A stretch of 64,000 bases of DNA. It comes from Lingula anatina (taxonomy: Eukaryota; Animalia; Brachiopoda). The translations under genes were made by a program, and so were the position numbers. Of this stretch, positions 14,888 to 27,682 are shown piece after piece. The notes under the pieces were generated by a model, which saw only the letters and a program-made list of their open reading frames with translations, was not told the DNA's origin and searched no databases. The DNA lies in contig CM120640.1 in NCBI GenBank assembly GCA_051362555.1, positions 49,702,788 to 49,766,787 of the forward strand, written 5' to 3'. Each line of letters starts with the position of its first letter. Position 1 is the first letter of the stretch.

Positions 14888-17387
14888 ACACCTCTATGAA
14901 GCCATACAGGGATATGCTGTGGGTTATAATAAGTCGAATTACTATCCTCAGCCTGTAAGAGATACTGCATATCAGGCTACCTCTATGCCATCTTAACTTA
15001 TCTTCTGCTTACTGACAGAACTATTGTCCTAGAAGAATCATGTGCTTACACTGAGAATTGGGCTGAAGTGGCAAATAGTGTGCTCTTTGGTGTCAGGAAT
15101 TCAAAAACTGGAACACAGGAACTGATGCTGCTCGGCACAAAAAGAATAAGAAAGAGGAAATGTTACTGGTATGAAGAACTACTGTGTTTTCACTAAAGTC
15201 AAAAAGGAAGAAATTGATGATAAATGCTATTGAACATTGCACAGTCAGTTGTCTGTATTATCAAGTACAGAGTATAACCCAAACTTTTCCAGCCTGGGGG
15301 ATACATTGGTATGCATAAAGGGTTAAATTTCAATAACCTGCTGAGATGAAACTCTATATTAATTGCATTACAACTCAGCGTCCAGTAATCTCAAGGATGA
15401 ATTTGAAATGTAAATAGTGTGTACTTAGCTATGAATTGATACTATGTAGAGCTAATACAATCGATGGGGACTTGAAACGGGAATACTGCCCAACTGGATG
15501 AGGTTTATTCATCATAGTTAATTGATTGATGCAGTTAAATCATCCTCCCTGCTTGTCTGTTTTGTAGACCTTATTTAATAATCATAAAACCATTTTGCCT
15601 TGTCTAATATGTGGATAGTGCTTCTCTTGTCTCATGCAGTATGGTTAGGGGTGGCTACAGCACCACAGAGGTGTAGTGAATCTTACATATTTATATAGAC
15701 CCTGCATATTCATACTGTTGCAGAACTTAATTGGTACACATGTGAAATATGAAAATCACACCTCTTTTTTTATTATTATTATTATTATGCAGGCAGTGTA
15801 TATAGAAATACAATCATTTTCTGATTGTAATTTTTATCTATTTAATCTGCTCACTACATATCACAATTAATGCTATAATTGTAGATATATGTGCCTGGAA
15901 ATGGGATCTGTTGTTCAGTGATTGAATGCGGCATGATAGAAAAAGAGTCCCACCACTTTCTTTTTACAAATATTTAATGCAAAAGAAGCATGTAAAACAC
16001 AAGAGATTTAATGCACTTTGGTACATCAATACAAAACCTAGATGTTGCACTTCTGTACAGGAAATAATGTGTATGTATATACTAGTAACCATTGAACTAC
16101 ACAAGCAAAGTGCAACTTTTCACAATCAAAAATTGAGAAATGTTTCAGTGTGTCGTGAGAAACACATGGATCCACATTTCACTGGGATGGTATATCGTGA
16201 TTATCTTGTAGAAGTGTCATAGATACCCTGTTTTTGTATAAGGGACCCCAAGGGCCAGATACTGTTTAATAGTCATGTCCATTGTAAGTCTATTACAAAA
16301 TTGCTTGCAAAGCATTGAGTAGACTTATATTTCAAGATTCATTTTTTTACTTCTGTGCACGTATATATAGAGCCAATTTGTTATTCATATTCGAGGTTCT
16401 TTTGGGAAATAACTAAAAGTAGAAGATGGCTAGATAAATTTGAAGCAGCATCCTGCCAAGTATATCTTCACCATTATCCAATATTTTCATTCAGCTAATC
16501 ATATCAGCTTAATGGCAAGGGAGACTAAGGTGATCACTGGTTCATTTCATTCGGTTTCAGTAAACATTTCTGAATATCAGAGCATATAATTCAATTCTAG
16601 GGATATTGGGGTGCACTTTTTGTACAGAGCTAGAACTTTTTATTAGCCAAGAGACTTCCTAGCGGATATATTGTATAATTAAGTTTTACATATCAGGCTA
16701 TTGTATCTATTAAAAGCAAGCGTGTTTGACAATAAAAGTATCTTTATCTATGAAACGCGTTGGATATTTTAGTGTTACCGCAAAGGTATGAGTATGTGAC
16801 CCACAAGCCTTTGCCTCGGAGGGGGCAATATTGAATTTCAACTACTATAAAAGCGCTCTTGTTGCTGACATTTATCGTTGTGTCGTCGCATGAACCGCTC
16901 ACAGTCTTCTCATAAAAGGAATATATTCTCTTGCGGAAAATACTATTTTACTGCTATGGCAACCACTGATGAAGACTATAATCGCACCATAGCGGGTTCT
17001 TTTTGCGAGCTGCGATAAAAGATTTTACAAAGGATCTGGAAAGATGTAAATCATTCATCATTCATCATACATCATTTTGCATCCAATTAGCCGTGGGATG
17101 ATTTCAGAGTACTTGCAGCTAAGCACTCAAAACTCAATTTCTTTTGAGTGAAACAAAATGCAGATAAAGATGCGTCTCTGTAAATGTCACGAGTCGAGAT
17201 TCAAATATTGATGAAATGCATCCCGCTTCACGAACGAGGTTTTCTGTGAAACCTTGTTCTATAACGTAACAACTTGTTATACTAAGTGAGGTAAAACGAC
17301 CCTCGTATAGTGAAGCGACTGTGCTATAGAGCTTTGATCTTTGCCATTCTACCGAATGCTTGCCCGCGTGAGCATGCGCCAGGTGAG

Positions 17388-17395
17388 CTATAAAG
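17388..17395 (+). promoter_or_regulatory. Candidate TATA box upstream of the SRCR receptor gene
   Basis: CTATAAAG ~375 bp upstream of the signal-peptide ATG (17764). A possible 5'UTR donor CAG|GTAATA lies at 17541/17542. A second TATAAAAG lies at ~16846. Confidence 0.35.
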
Positions 17396-17763
17396 GTGGA
17401 GAGTTCAGCGCAATCACAGTGGAATGTGACTGCTGACTTCCATACAAATACACATATATCACTGCTCGATTAGCATGACGTGCTAGGTGTATTTTTGGGA
17501 AGGGTGGATTAATCTGTTTCTCTCTACTCTCACTATCTCAGGTAATAGTAGCCTCGACTTAGGACTGCGAGTTGCGGTTTAGATTTCTGGGTCACCTCAG
17601 GAAGGTGATTACGGAGTTACCACACGGATGGATGCTGCACACTTGTGTCATAAGAAGGAGGATATTATATATACTTTAACTATTGAATATGTCGTAGAAA
17701 GGGACTCCAGCAAACCGTATGATATCTCACCAACGTATGGGAACCTTCAGAGCCACATAAACA

Positions 17764-20700
17764 ATGTATTTGGTGTCGATTTGTATTCTTCTCATTGTGA
17801 TCGCTCTCCACTGTGCTGATGTGGGGGCACAGACACCGACAGGTGAGTTTGTCTGTTCAGGTATGTTTTATTATCAAATGAAACCACGCGAGGTAAGCGT
17901 ACTAATGTAAACATGGTTGTCCTGTTTACGCTGTTCACGCGATGGTTTAAATAATGTGTCTGGACGTGTGTTAAACCGTACAATCTCTTGGTTAACAGTG
18001 AAATGTTCAATACCATATTTTATTTATGAATAATGGTGTTACAAATGGAGTCGTTTGATACACATAGCCTACATACACATTGTAGATCTTTTTACTTAAA
18101 ATCAAATCTATAATTATGTTGTTTGCCAAAATCAAAAGAAAAAATCTGTTTGTTTTTGTGGCTGTAAAATTTGTAAATATACATGTAAAGAGAAAATATA
18201 AGTAATAGTAATAGCTTTTGCATGACAATGTGAATTAATGACTTATCTTAGGGAATTATATGCGTTCTATGGTACGCAAATACTTTGTATGCATATCTGA
18301 ATATTTGAGAGGTCACATTATTGTAGAAAAGCAGTCGAATTGTGTTTGTGAATAATCAGAAATAAATAAACGGTGAGGCATTTTATTGACAAACGAAATA
18401 TCAGGACTGACTCTGTAAGAAAAATGACAATGACATCATTCCACGAATATTCATTATCGCTGAACACAATCTTGATATATGGCAACTTCCCCCGTAGGTT
18501 GATGACTGTAGATATCAAACATTTCTCTCTTGGACACCTCTAAACTATCTGATAGAATCATTTTGGACATAACATAAGTGCGCTCTCCGTATAAGACAGC
18601 TGACAAGTAGGCATGGTGCACCTTTTGTAACAGACTTCAACTGTACTTCCTCTGGTTTGTTCTTTGAATAAGTGTACTGACTTATGTTATCCAAATTTCG
18701 CCCTGTATTATTTGTATTCAATTAATTATATTTTCCGAAAAGTATTAATCTTAATATATACCTTAAAAATCTGTTTAAAGGAGCAATTCGTAATTACGTT
18801 GATAAAGAGAAAATGTTTACAGAGTAATCGAAAACTGTCGCGAGCAACAGATTTCGTGCGGAATCGTTGCCTATCCTAAAAAGGAAAAAGAAAGAAAAGG
18901 GGGGGGGGGCGCGGAAGTTGAGACAGATGTACTCGTTTATTTCCCTTCCCTATGGCTATTAATCAGGTTATACATCTATATTTGTCATCACGCTGCATAT
19001 TTGATTAACATTTTGCCACGTATCTGCGTAATGTGACCGCTTGATGACTATATGACATCTTTGTCTTCAATAATATTAAGGTGTCTCATCTTCACTGTCA
19101 TTGTTCACACCGGCGCTTTTGACTTGAACATTTTTACAGTTACTTGTTTGCACAAAGGGCGTTTTAGCCCTTGTTTGAAATAATACATCTTGCTAATGTA
19201 GCTTTAACTGCAGAAAATGTCGTGCAAATTTTTTCGACTATTGTGTTGCAAATAAAAGTCAAAATAAACCGGTATTTTGTACGCACAGAGACGCCATCCT
19301 ACACCTGTGACCTGGAGCGACCAGTGTTGACTAAGACACACTGGACCTGGTAGTCTGCAGGTCACGCCCTAATCTCAACTCTCAGCTGGATGATGCGCTA
19401 AGCCTCATGATACCGAGTCACTTTGTTAGCTTTTGTTTAAAAATCAAAAAGAAAAAAAAAGGTCCGTTTCAAAAGAAAAGACATCATTTAGCAAATCTCC
19501 TAATTAGACCTCATTAAGCAAATCTTTTATATACATCTTGAATTTAAACGGAGAGTTAATTACCACTGAATTGGATTTGTTCTGTAATTTCAAATCGGCG
19601 AACTCGGGAGAAAAGCATTTTGTTTACGCAGTTTGGTAAGCACTTTACTTACCAAACCTAATGGATTAAACCCCCTTTCAATTTCAGGAGTTATGGCAAT
19701 AACATTTCTATGGCTACCTTCTAATATATACTATAATTATAATAAGAAAATTGTTATTGACAGGAAAATCGTAATAAAGAAAGTTACTTGAATCTATGTG
19801 CACATGCAGTTGGCAATAAAGCAAAATATTTGAAGAGTGCTGTTAGGATTTTTTACGAATTAGGCAACAATGTACAAATTTCCATCTGTTTCCTAATTTC
19901 AGCACGCCTTATCAATAACGGACAAACAAGTAGTTACGGGGTGGTTGAATTTTTTCGGTACAGTCGATGGGTCCAAGTCTGCGCAGACGAGTGGGACGAT
20001 ACCGACAGCCAGGTTGTTTGTCGTGAAAATGGCTATCTTTATGGAAAGGCACTCCCTGGGGGATTCTTTGGTGCACTGAATTTTGCTGTCACTGAAATAA
20101 GTCGAGTCAACTGCAGTGGCAACGAACGAGAGTGGGCTGAGTGTGATTACAGCCATGACGCCGGTATGCTCTGTTCAGATCCTGCCATGAACTATGCTAC
20201 TGCCGTCTGCTCCAATAGCAGTTTTTCAGAAGGTAACGTAAAATGATAAGATATAGTACACTGAAAGCAAATAGTAGAAATCACAAATCCTTAGTAGCAT
20301 GTGTATATTTTAGTCAATAAACCAAGTTTGATGTTTTACACCCCTTTTTTATTGTATTTGGTTGTGCTCGTGGTGTAGAATCTGTTTGTGGAATAACATT
20401 TAACGGATGTTCTTTTCTGCCTGCAACAGGGCTATATGCAGTGAAGATTTAGAAAAATCCATTTACACTAAAAGCATATTAACAAAATGCTTCCCTTATC
20501 TTTACAATGTCCCGTAAGACACTGCTATATTCGTAGCATTTCACCTCTGTAATACATGTATTCTGAAACAGTGTACGGATCTTTCGATTTGTATAACTGA
20601 CGCTGCAGACCTATTGCGCTGTTTCCCCGAGTAATTACGTTTATCGGTTTATGAGTTGACGTTCTTGCACTTCTAATAAACCATGTAATTTTACCTAAAC

Positions 20701-23700
20701 CCCCATTGCGAGAAGGCAACTTTTGGCAACAGTAAGGAGTTGGTTGGGAACCCGATCTGATAAATGCGTGTAGTGCTGTGATCTTTCCATCCGCTCTTGA
20801 AACACCAGCTCTTGCTGTTCACTACATAATAAGTGCATGAAAGTATTCGCATACTTTGATACTTAATCAAAATAAATGATGAACTAGGGAGAGAGAAAAG
20901 GTGAAAATCTTTTCCACAGAACATGGTGTGGCAGTGTATGCATATGGAGTAGTAGATGCGTTCAGCTAGAGGTGTGCAAATGCGTGTTTTGTATTTTAGT
21001 GCTTTAATGTGGATGTGTGATGTTTTATGTAATAGTTAAGAAGTAAATGTCTTTCATTATTTGTCAAATGTTAAAATGATCTTTGTTGTCAACTTATTTA
21101 TTATTATTATTATATTTCTAATGGTTTTCATTATTGGTTAAGATAATTTGACGACAAACAATATCTTGTCATATGCATGTGTCAGAAAAGTTCCACTACA
21201 GGGCCCTAGGCTGACAAATGCTTGGCAGGTACCCTCTACCAGAGCCACAGACTGATTTTCCACTATATATTGATAGATATGGCACATTTTACACTGTGAT
21301 AAAAGTGCATATAATTAATCTATTGCCCTGGTAAAGGGTACTTGGGAGAAGGGGGAGCTGTTGAACGAAGGTCTACAATACATGCAAACAGGTTATTTGT
21401 ACACTGTACCACGGACCCCCTAGCACCAACAGCATCCCGTTGCCTACTATCCAGAAAAATGCCGATTAGCTTACCGCATTCATACACTTGGCGTACACAT
21501 CGATTTTATACGTAAAGCACGGGAAACAAACGCCTCTTCCATGTACAAAAATATATTTTTCTCTTTAGGTTATGGAGTCAGTGTAACTGGCAGTAAATAC
21601 AACTATACCGGCAGAGTGCGCGTCAAAAGATACGGTATAAGCGGGAGGATATGTAACACTCATTGGGACGATAACGCTTCACAGGTGGTTTGCCGCTCCC
21701 TGGGGTTTAGCGGGGGTGTGGCCTACCAGCTGACACAAAGAGGCACATTTCCTATATGGATAGCCAAGACTGTTTGTCACGGCAACGAGTCCCATATATC
21801 AGAATGTAATGTGACAGACGCCTATCATCCACACGGGCAATGCTCCTCGACAGACAACGCAGGAGTCCTGTGTTATCACGATGCCCAAGGTCTGTACACC
21901 ATTAAATTCATTTATAAAGTTATTTTGTAAAGAAACAAGTAGCAGCTAATAAATGGTCATGCTTTGGAACTTTGTCCTTATTTCTAAGTAGGAAAACATA
22001 AATTGGGTGAAAAGAAATGCACCAGACATCTAAATTTACCACATATATTTCATTGAAATATTACTTTGTGCTCTACGCAATATTGTCTTCGGTAGATAAA
22101 GTTTTGATCCAATAGCTTTTTAAACATGCCATTGACCATGGACATAATAAGAGAAGGTCTCTTATTATGTCCATGCATTGACAATGCCAAATAATTGTCT
22201 TATAAAAAAACTCGTTGAAATTATCTCTGAAAGTAAGTTTCACATTTTTTAGCTTCATTAGCCATACTACTGTAGATACATCTAATATGTATTATCTACA
22301 TTTTACTAAGGAATTCAGAAATTGAAACGAGATCACGTCCTTAGCATGCGCTAAATATTATGTGTTAGTTCATGAAAACATAAAGATGTTTATGCATTCG
22401 TATCATGGCTTTTGGAAAACGATCCTTTTGGCATAACAGAGATAACAACTGAGTGAAGTATCATTAAACTGTAAGTATTGATGAATTTCGAATGATTAAA
22501 TGTAATGAATCTTTTAAAACGGGAACTGTTTACAGAGGCAATATAACGATCAATTGTATGATCATATTCATTGTACTCACAGGGGTCAAATATAGACTTG
22601 CCAAAGACTTAAACGCTGAGAACAATACAACCATATATGGTCGCATTGAGATCCAATATGAGGGTGTTTGGGGTACAGTATGTGAGGACAACCCCGTCAG
22701 TGCTGACACAACAGCCAGAGTGCTGTGTCGTCAGCTTGGCCATGCAGACGGCGTCCAGGTGTCAGGAGTGGTGTCTGGTGGCACGGGTCCCATTTGGACT
22801 CGGGCCTTGAAATGTACGGGTTACGAGGACACCATATTGGAATGTCCCAGTGGCGAGTGGAGAAAAAACGGCTGGCAGGTGGAGGAGGCAGATAACCCGT
22901 GTACGCATGACATGGATGTTGCTGTGCGATGCTATCCGCAAGGTGAGAGCAGTCTACTGCTGCGTAAATTTCTGTAGTGAAAAATCAATAAAAACACGAC
23001 TGTAACTGTTAATACAAACATTGCAGATTTGCACATTGTAAAATAACCAGTTCGAGAGTTAGCGACATTCTAAACTTATATTACAGTTAAAGAACTGTCA
23101 CATGAACAAAATATGAAATAAAGAATGTTTATATTATTTTGATATCTATATGATCTTCACATAAAACAAAAATTATGTATTTCAGTTGTTTTAAGGAACT
23201 CAAAATTTCATCAGATTTTAAAATCTTTTGTGTGTGTTTTAAGTTCGACTTCGTGTCCCGGGCTCCGAGCGTTCGATATACCAGCTGTCCCACGGCTTGG
23301 TTGAGATTCACAATGGTGACACTTGGAGTCAAGTTTGTGACGAGGACTGGGATGACACGGATGCTAAGGTAATCTGCAACCAGGAAGGGTACTCAGATGG
23401 CAGAGCGCTGTGTTGTGGCGCATTTGGGGATGGTTCTACATCGGACAGTATCCGACAGTGGACGAATGTACACTGCTCTGGAACAGAATTAGATCTACAG
23501 AATTGCTCACTTCGTCTGGCAACAAGAGTCTGCAACGCCAGCCGTCGAGCGTCTGTGGTGTGCTTTAACATTCCTGGATCAGGTATGTTCTTATTCTCGG
23601 TAAACAAACAATTTTCCAGTATATTTTTCATAGTTTGTTTCATATGTTTTTTTGCAGGTGTTATCCTCGAAATACCGATAAAATTAATTATTTCGTATAC

Positions 23701-26700
23701 TGAAGTATTTATTTATTTTGCAGGCGTCCAGTTTTCACTAGCGGATATCGCAAAATACAAATTCACGCCAGTCAATGTCAAAGTTGACAACCTACAACAG
23801 ATTGGATACGCGTGCGCCGAGGGCTGGACTGATGATGCCGCGACTGTGATGTGTGCTCAGTATGGGTACCGAGAGGGCGTGGCACTTAAGTTCTACACTG
23901 AGCAAGGTGACACACAGAAGCCATTCTGGGCCAGCAATGTCACCTGTTCTGGTCAACTGTTCCACATGGGTGGATGTAATTACAAAACCAGCGTGAGGTC
24001 CTGCACAGGCAACTATTTTGCAGGCGTTTCTTGTACAAACGTACCTGGTTCAGGTTTGTGTATAGCAAAACATGATATTAAAATTCAACTTGTTAAACAA
24101 TGAAATTGTTAAGTTGTATATTACAACGAAACTTCTGTGGCATTTGGCATTTCAAAATCAATCAAAAAGTATATTCGCGTAGGCAACAAAGCACTAGTCC
24201 ATGGTTACGCTAATTTTATATTAATGTCATGCCCTCAACTGAAGTATGAAAAGTGAAATTTAGGTGTCAGCGGCGTATTCCTGTTATCGACTGCCAGTCA
24301 TGCTCCATTCAAGAAAGTTTGGGTAGATGACGGCAGTGGAGTTCACAAGGCAGTGTGTGCCAACGACACTTCAACTTGGACCGACTTGCACGCTTCAATT
24401 CTGTGCAAGAATAAGGGTTTTAGACACGGAGGCCGAGCTGGCAGGTTAGTACAATTTTCTCTCTCAAATTGAAGAAACTGAGAAAAAATAACCCGTTTTA
24501 ATCATGCTAATTATGATAATGATGCAGCACCGAAAATGATAAGTAAGACCTAATTAAAATGTTTTAACATTTAAAAATTTAGAACGCAAAAGCAGCCGTG
24601 ATAGATCGAAGTTGTTAAATCAATTAATCGAAAGCAAGGGTCATACGTGATGCAAATAACTTTCCTTAATGCTAAACAAATCTATTATAAATCCACGCAG
24701 CAGTTAGTTCAGATCGACGCTAATTATTTTTTTACTGTTTTTTAATCGTTATCAGACAGCAAAGAAAGGACGCTGCTGCTCCAAGTTCATACAAGTTCCT
24801 GTGCAGTGGCAACGAGTCCTCACCTATGAACTGTGTATTAGCTGTCCCTGTCGTCTCTCAAGCTTGTGACATGGAGGCAACCGTCCATTGTTTTTCGCAA
24901 GGTCAGTAAAAATTTGAAAATTGCTAACTTTTTTTTTTTTGGTGTGCAAATGTTTATTATTTCCTTTGTGTTTTTCTTCTTTGCTGGCTTTTGAATTTTC
25001 TTTAGAACTATTGGAAAATGTTTTATCCCATTTCATGATTATGGTTGGTGCTTTTTATTTTTGTCATAATATTTCAGTTTGTTTATTTTCAGCTCATCTA
25101 CTAGGCGGTCCATCCGATAATTTCGGGGTACTTCTCACCTCGAATTTCCATCAGGATTCACAAGGCCTGATTTGTGACAAAAACTTCGGTAGAAACGAAT
25201 CTAGAGTTGCGTGCAGGGATGTTGGCTATGAAGATGGGATTCCATTTTGTTGTTCAGCTTTTGGAGATCAGTCGTATGGAATAACAAGCGGGACATTTAA
25301 TTGCACTGGCAACGAGAGAACACTATTTAATTGCAGTTACTACGATGTCAGTGTCTGTTCTAGTGGACAATACGTATCTCTGTATTGCAGCAGAAATGTT
25401 ATGACCGATAGACTAGGTAGGCTTGGGTTATTTTTTACGCATTCCATGTACAATAGACACTTTGCCTGGGCTCCTCAACAAATAAAATGAAAAAATATCG
25501 CTAACTTGTAAAGCAAGATTATCCTTTAAAATCCACTGAATCATATTATGACGAAGAAAAAAGGTTAACAAATCCAAGATGATGTATTGAATATTGAATA
25601 ACATACTTTTAAGACTAAATCACATATATTTTACAGGCGGTATGTTAATTTTAGCTGTATAATGAAAACGTAAATATGCATTACTTTATTAGTGAATGGT
25701 TTATAAAACTATGTTATTTTCCAGGAGAAGTTGTCAAGTTAACGGGTCCGTCAAACACATACAACGGCTATGTCAATATGAAATTAAGCGATGAAGACTG
25801 GATTGGAATATGTCACCAGGGGTTTGACAACACTGCAGCCAACATAACGTGTCAGCAGCTCGGGTTTGTGGGTGGATACAAGTACTTTGGTCCCAACATG
25901 ATGGACAAAGGCACAGTCGCTGTCAGTGCGGTCCGGTGTAATGGAACCGAAGAGACGTTGGCCGATTGTGAGATTGGTGCATTAAGGCAGACCACTGACC
26001 CCACGTGCAGAGATATGGCGTCGGTGTTGTGTTATGATTTGCCCGGTACAAACTACTTCTATCGGTTATATTGATAGAAAGATAGGGGAAAAGAATTTGC
26101 AGCAATTGAAAATTTATATTGGCCCTATGTTCTTTTGTAAAGACATTCTGTGGTTCTTAGTTTGTTTTAAAACGTTGTTGAAAAATACAATTAGTAATTA
26201 TTTATTTTAATTGTTTAAATGAGAGATGTAACCACTTTTGATATTAACCAACAGCCATTGCCTTTATCTGTTACTTTTTTTTTTCAGGTTTAAGCTACAG
26301 GCTTGGGACCACAGAGGTTCCCGTCTATAAGGAACATTTCGGAGAATCTGAAATAGGCATATTTGAAATTGGAAACACCAACAGAACTTGGGGAAAACTG
26401 TGTCTATCTATAGGAGAAACAAAAACCAGCACCGTGTTTTGCAAAGGTCTCGGACGGGGTTATACCACGGGAGTGACGGTTGATTATGTACAAATTCCCT
26501 TCTTTATGGCACCACCAATTTGGTTGGAATCAAGTGTGTGTAAAGGAACAGAGGCTTCCTTACTGGAATGCCGTAACTCTTGGTTCGGTGTGGAAGAAAT
26601 GTATTCCTTCTGCTCGCGAGCGCAATTCGTAGTGCATTGTTTGAAAACTAACGGTAAGAATGATTTATTCAAACCACATAGTGAAAGAGAATATTAAAAA

Positions 26701-27594
26701 GTCAGAAGATTAATCGATAAATGTAATGCAGATGTATGAATATATGTACATCAGTAAAAAATGTTTTTATACTTTCTTGACGTCTTTTTAACGTTGGCTT
26801 TTTGAATATCTATAATTTGTCTCACTTTCTCAATTTTTAGTTCGGTTGACGCCTGATGTGTATTCATCAAATACTGCAGAGGCCAACTACACATTTGGTG
26901 TGGTTGACATCTATAAACAGGGGGAGTGGCAAGGAGTGTGTAATGATGGATGGGACCAAAACGATGCAGGTAATAACTGTACTTAAATCTGTACACAGCC
27001 ATTTCAGTTGTCTTTGTCACATCTGAATTGTAGCCTTTTTGGACAAACGGTAATAATTTTGCCTATTTCAACATGACCTTACTTGTGTCCGTTAAAATGC
27101 ATGCAACCTGTCGCGAACGGTCAACACAGAGTATAACAAGTTGCTGTTTTCACTTGGAACCTCTCAGGGCTCTATACAGCATAATGCGATTTCTATTAGA
27201 ACCAAGTTTCCTCGCAATTTGGGGGACATTTGAACATCAGATTGTTCCAAACTTAGGCTGACTTTCAGCAGGGAAATGAAAACGAATTCGTTAAAAAAAT
27301 ACTCTAATCGATTGTTACATCTTGTAATTATATCAACAGACTTGTGTATCTATGCACATAAATCCGACCGCATATTAAAAAAATAGCGGATTAAGCCCCA
27401 AACCCATTGGAAAGAGGAGAAAAGAGTGTAGCGAGAGTCACAGAAGTAATGCCCAATTTTCAAAAATTATTTGCAGCGTAGAGGGGTGGCGCCCTTTATT
27501 GCATTTGTGTTTGTATTTTATAATCTTGTTGTCTTTTAAACCGTTAAGGTCCCGTGTTATGATATCTTGAATAGCACATAAAACTTCAAAGCAA

Positions 27595-27682
<88 letters not shown>

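Noticed and set aside
17475-17541. ATG-ACG-TGC-TAG followed by a mildly hydrophobic frame and a phase-1 donor, suggesting a nonsense-mutated signal-peptide exon of the SRCR gene
   Set aside because: A much better signal peptide with good Kozak context and a GTGAGT donor exists at 17764-17842. This is at most a 5'UTR exon or uORF.
19300-19370. Nested short inverted repeats (GTGACCTG/CAGGTCAC, CCAGTGT/ACACTGG), possible pre-miRNA
   Set aside because: Stems are short and asymmetric, with no recognisable miRNA sequence.
20560-20960. Possible LINE remnant (RPIAL- and ELGR-like peptides) in SRCR intron 2
   Set aside because: Motifs too short and not colinear enough to support without a search.
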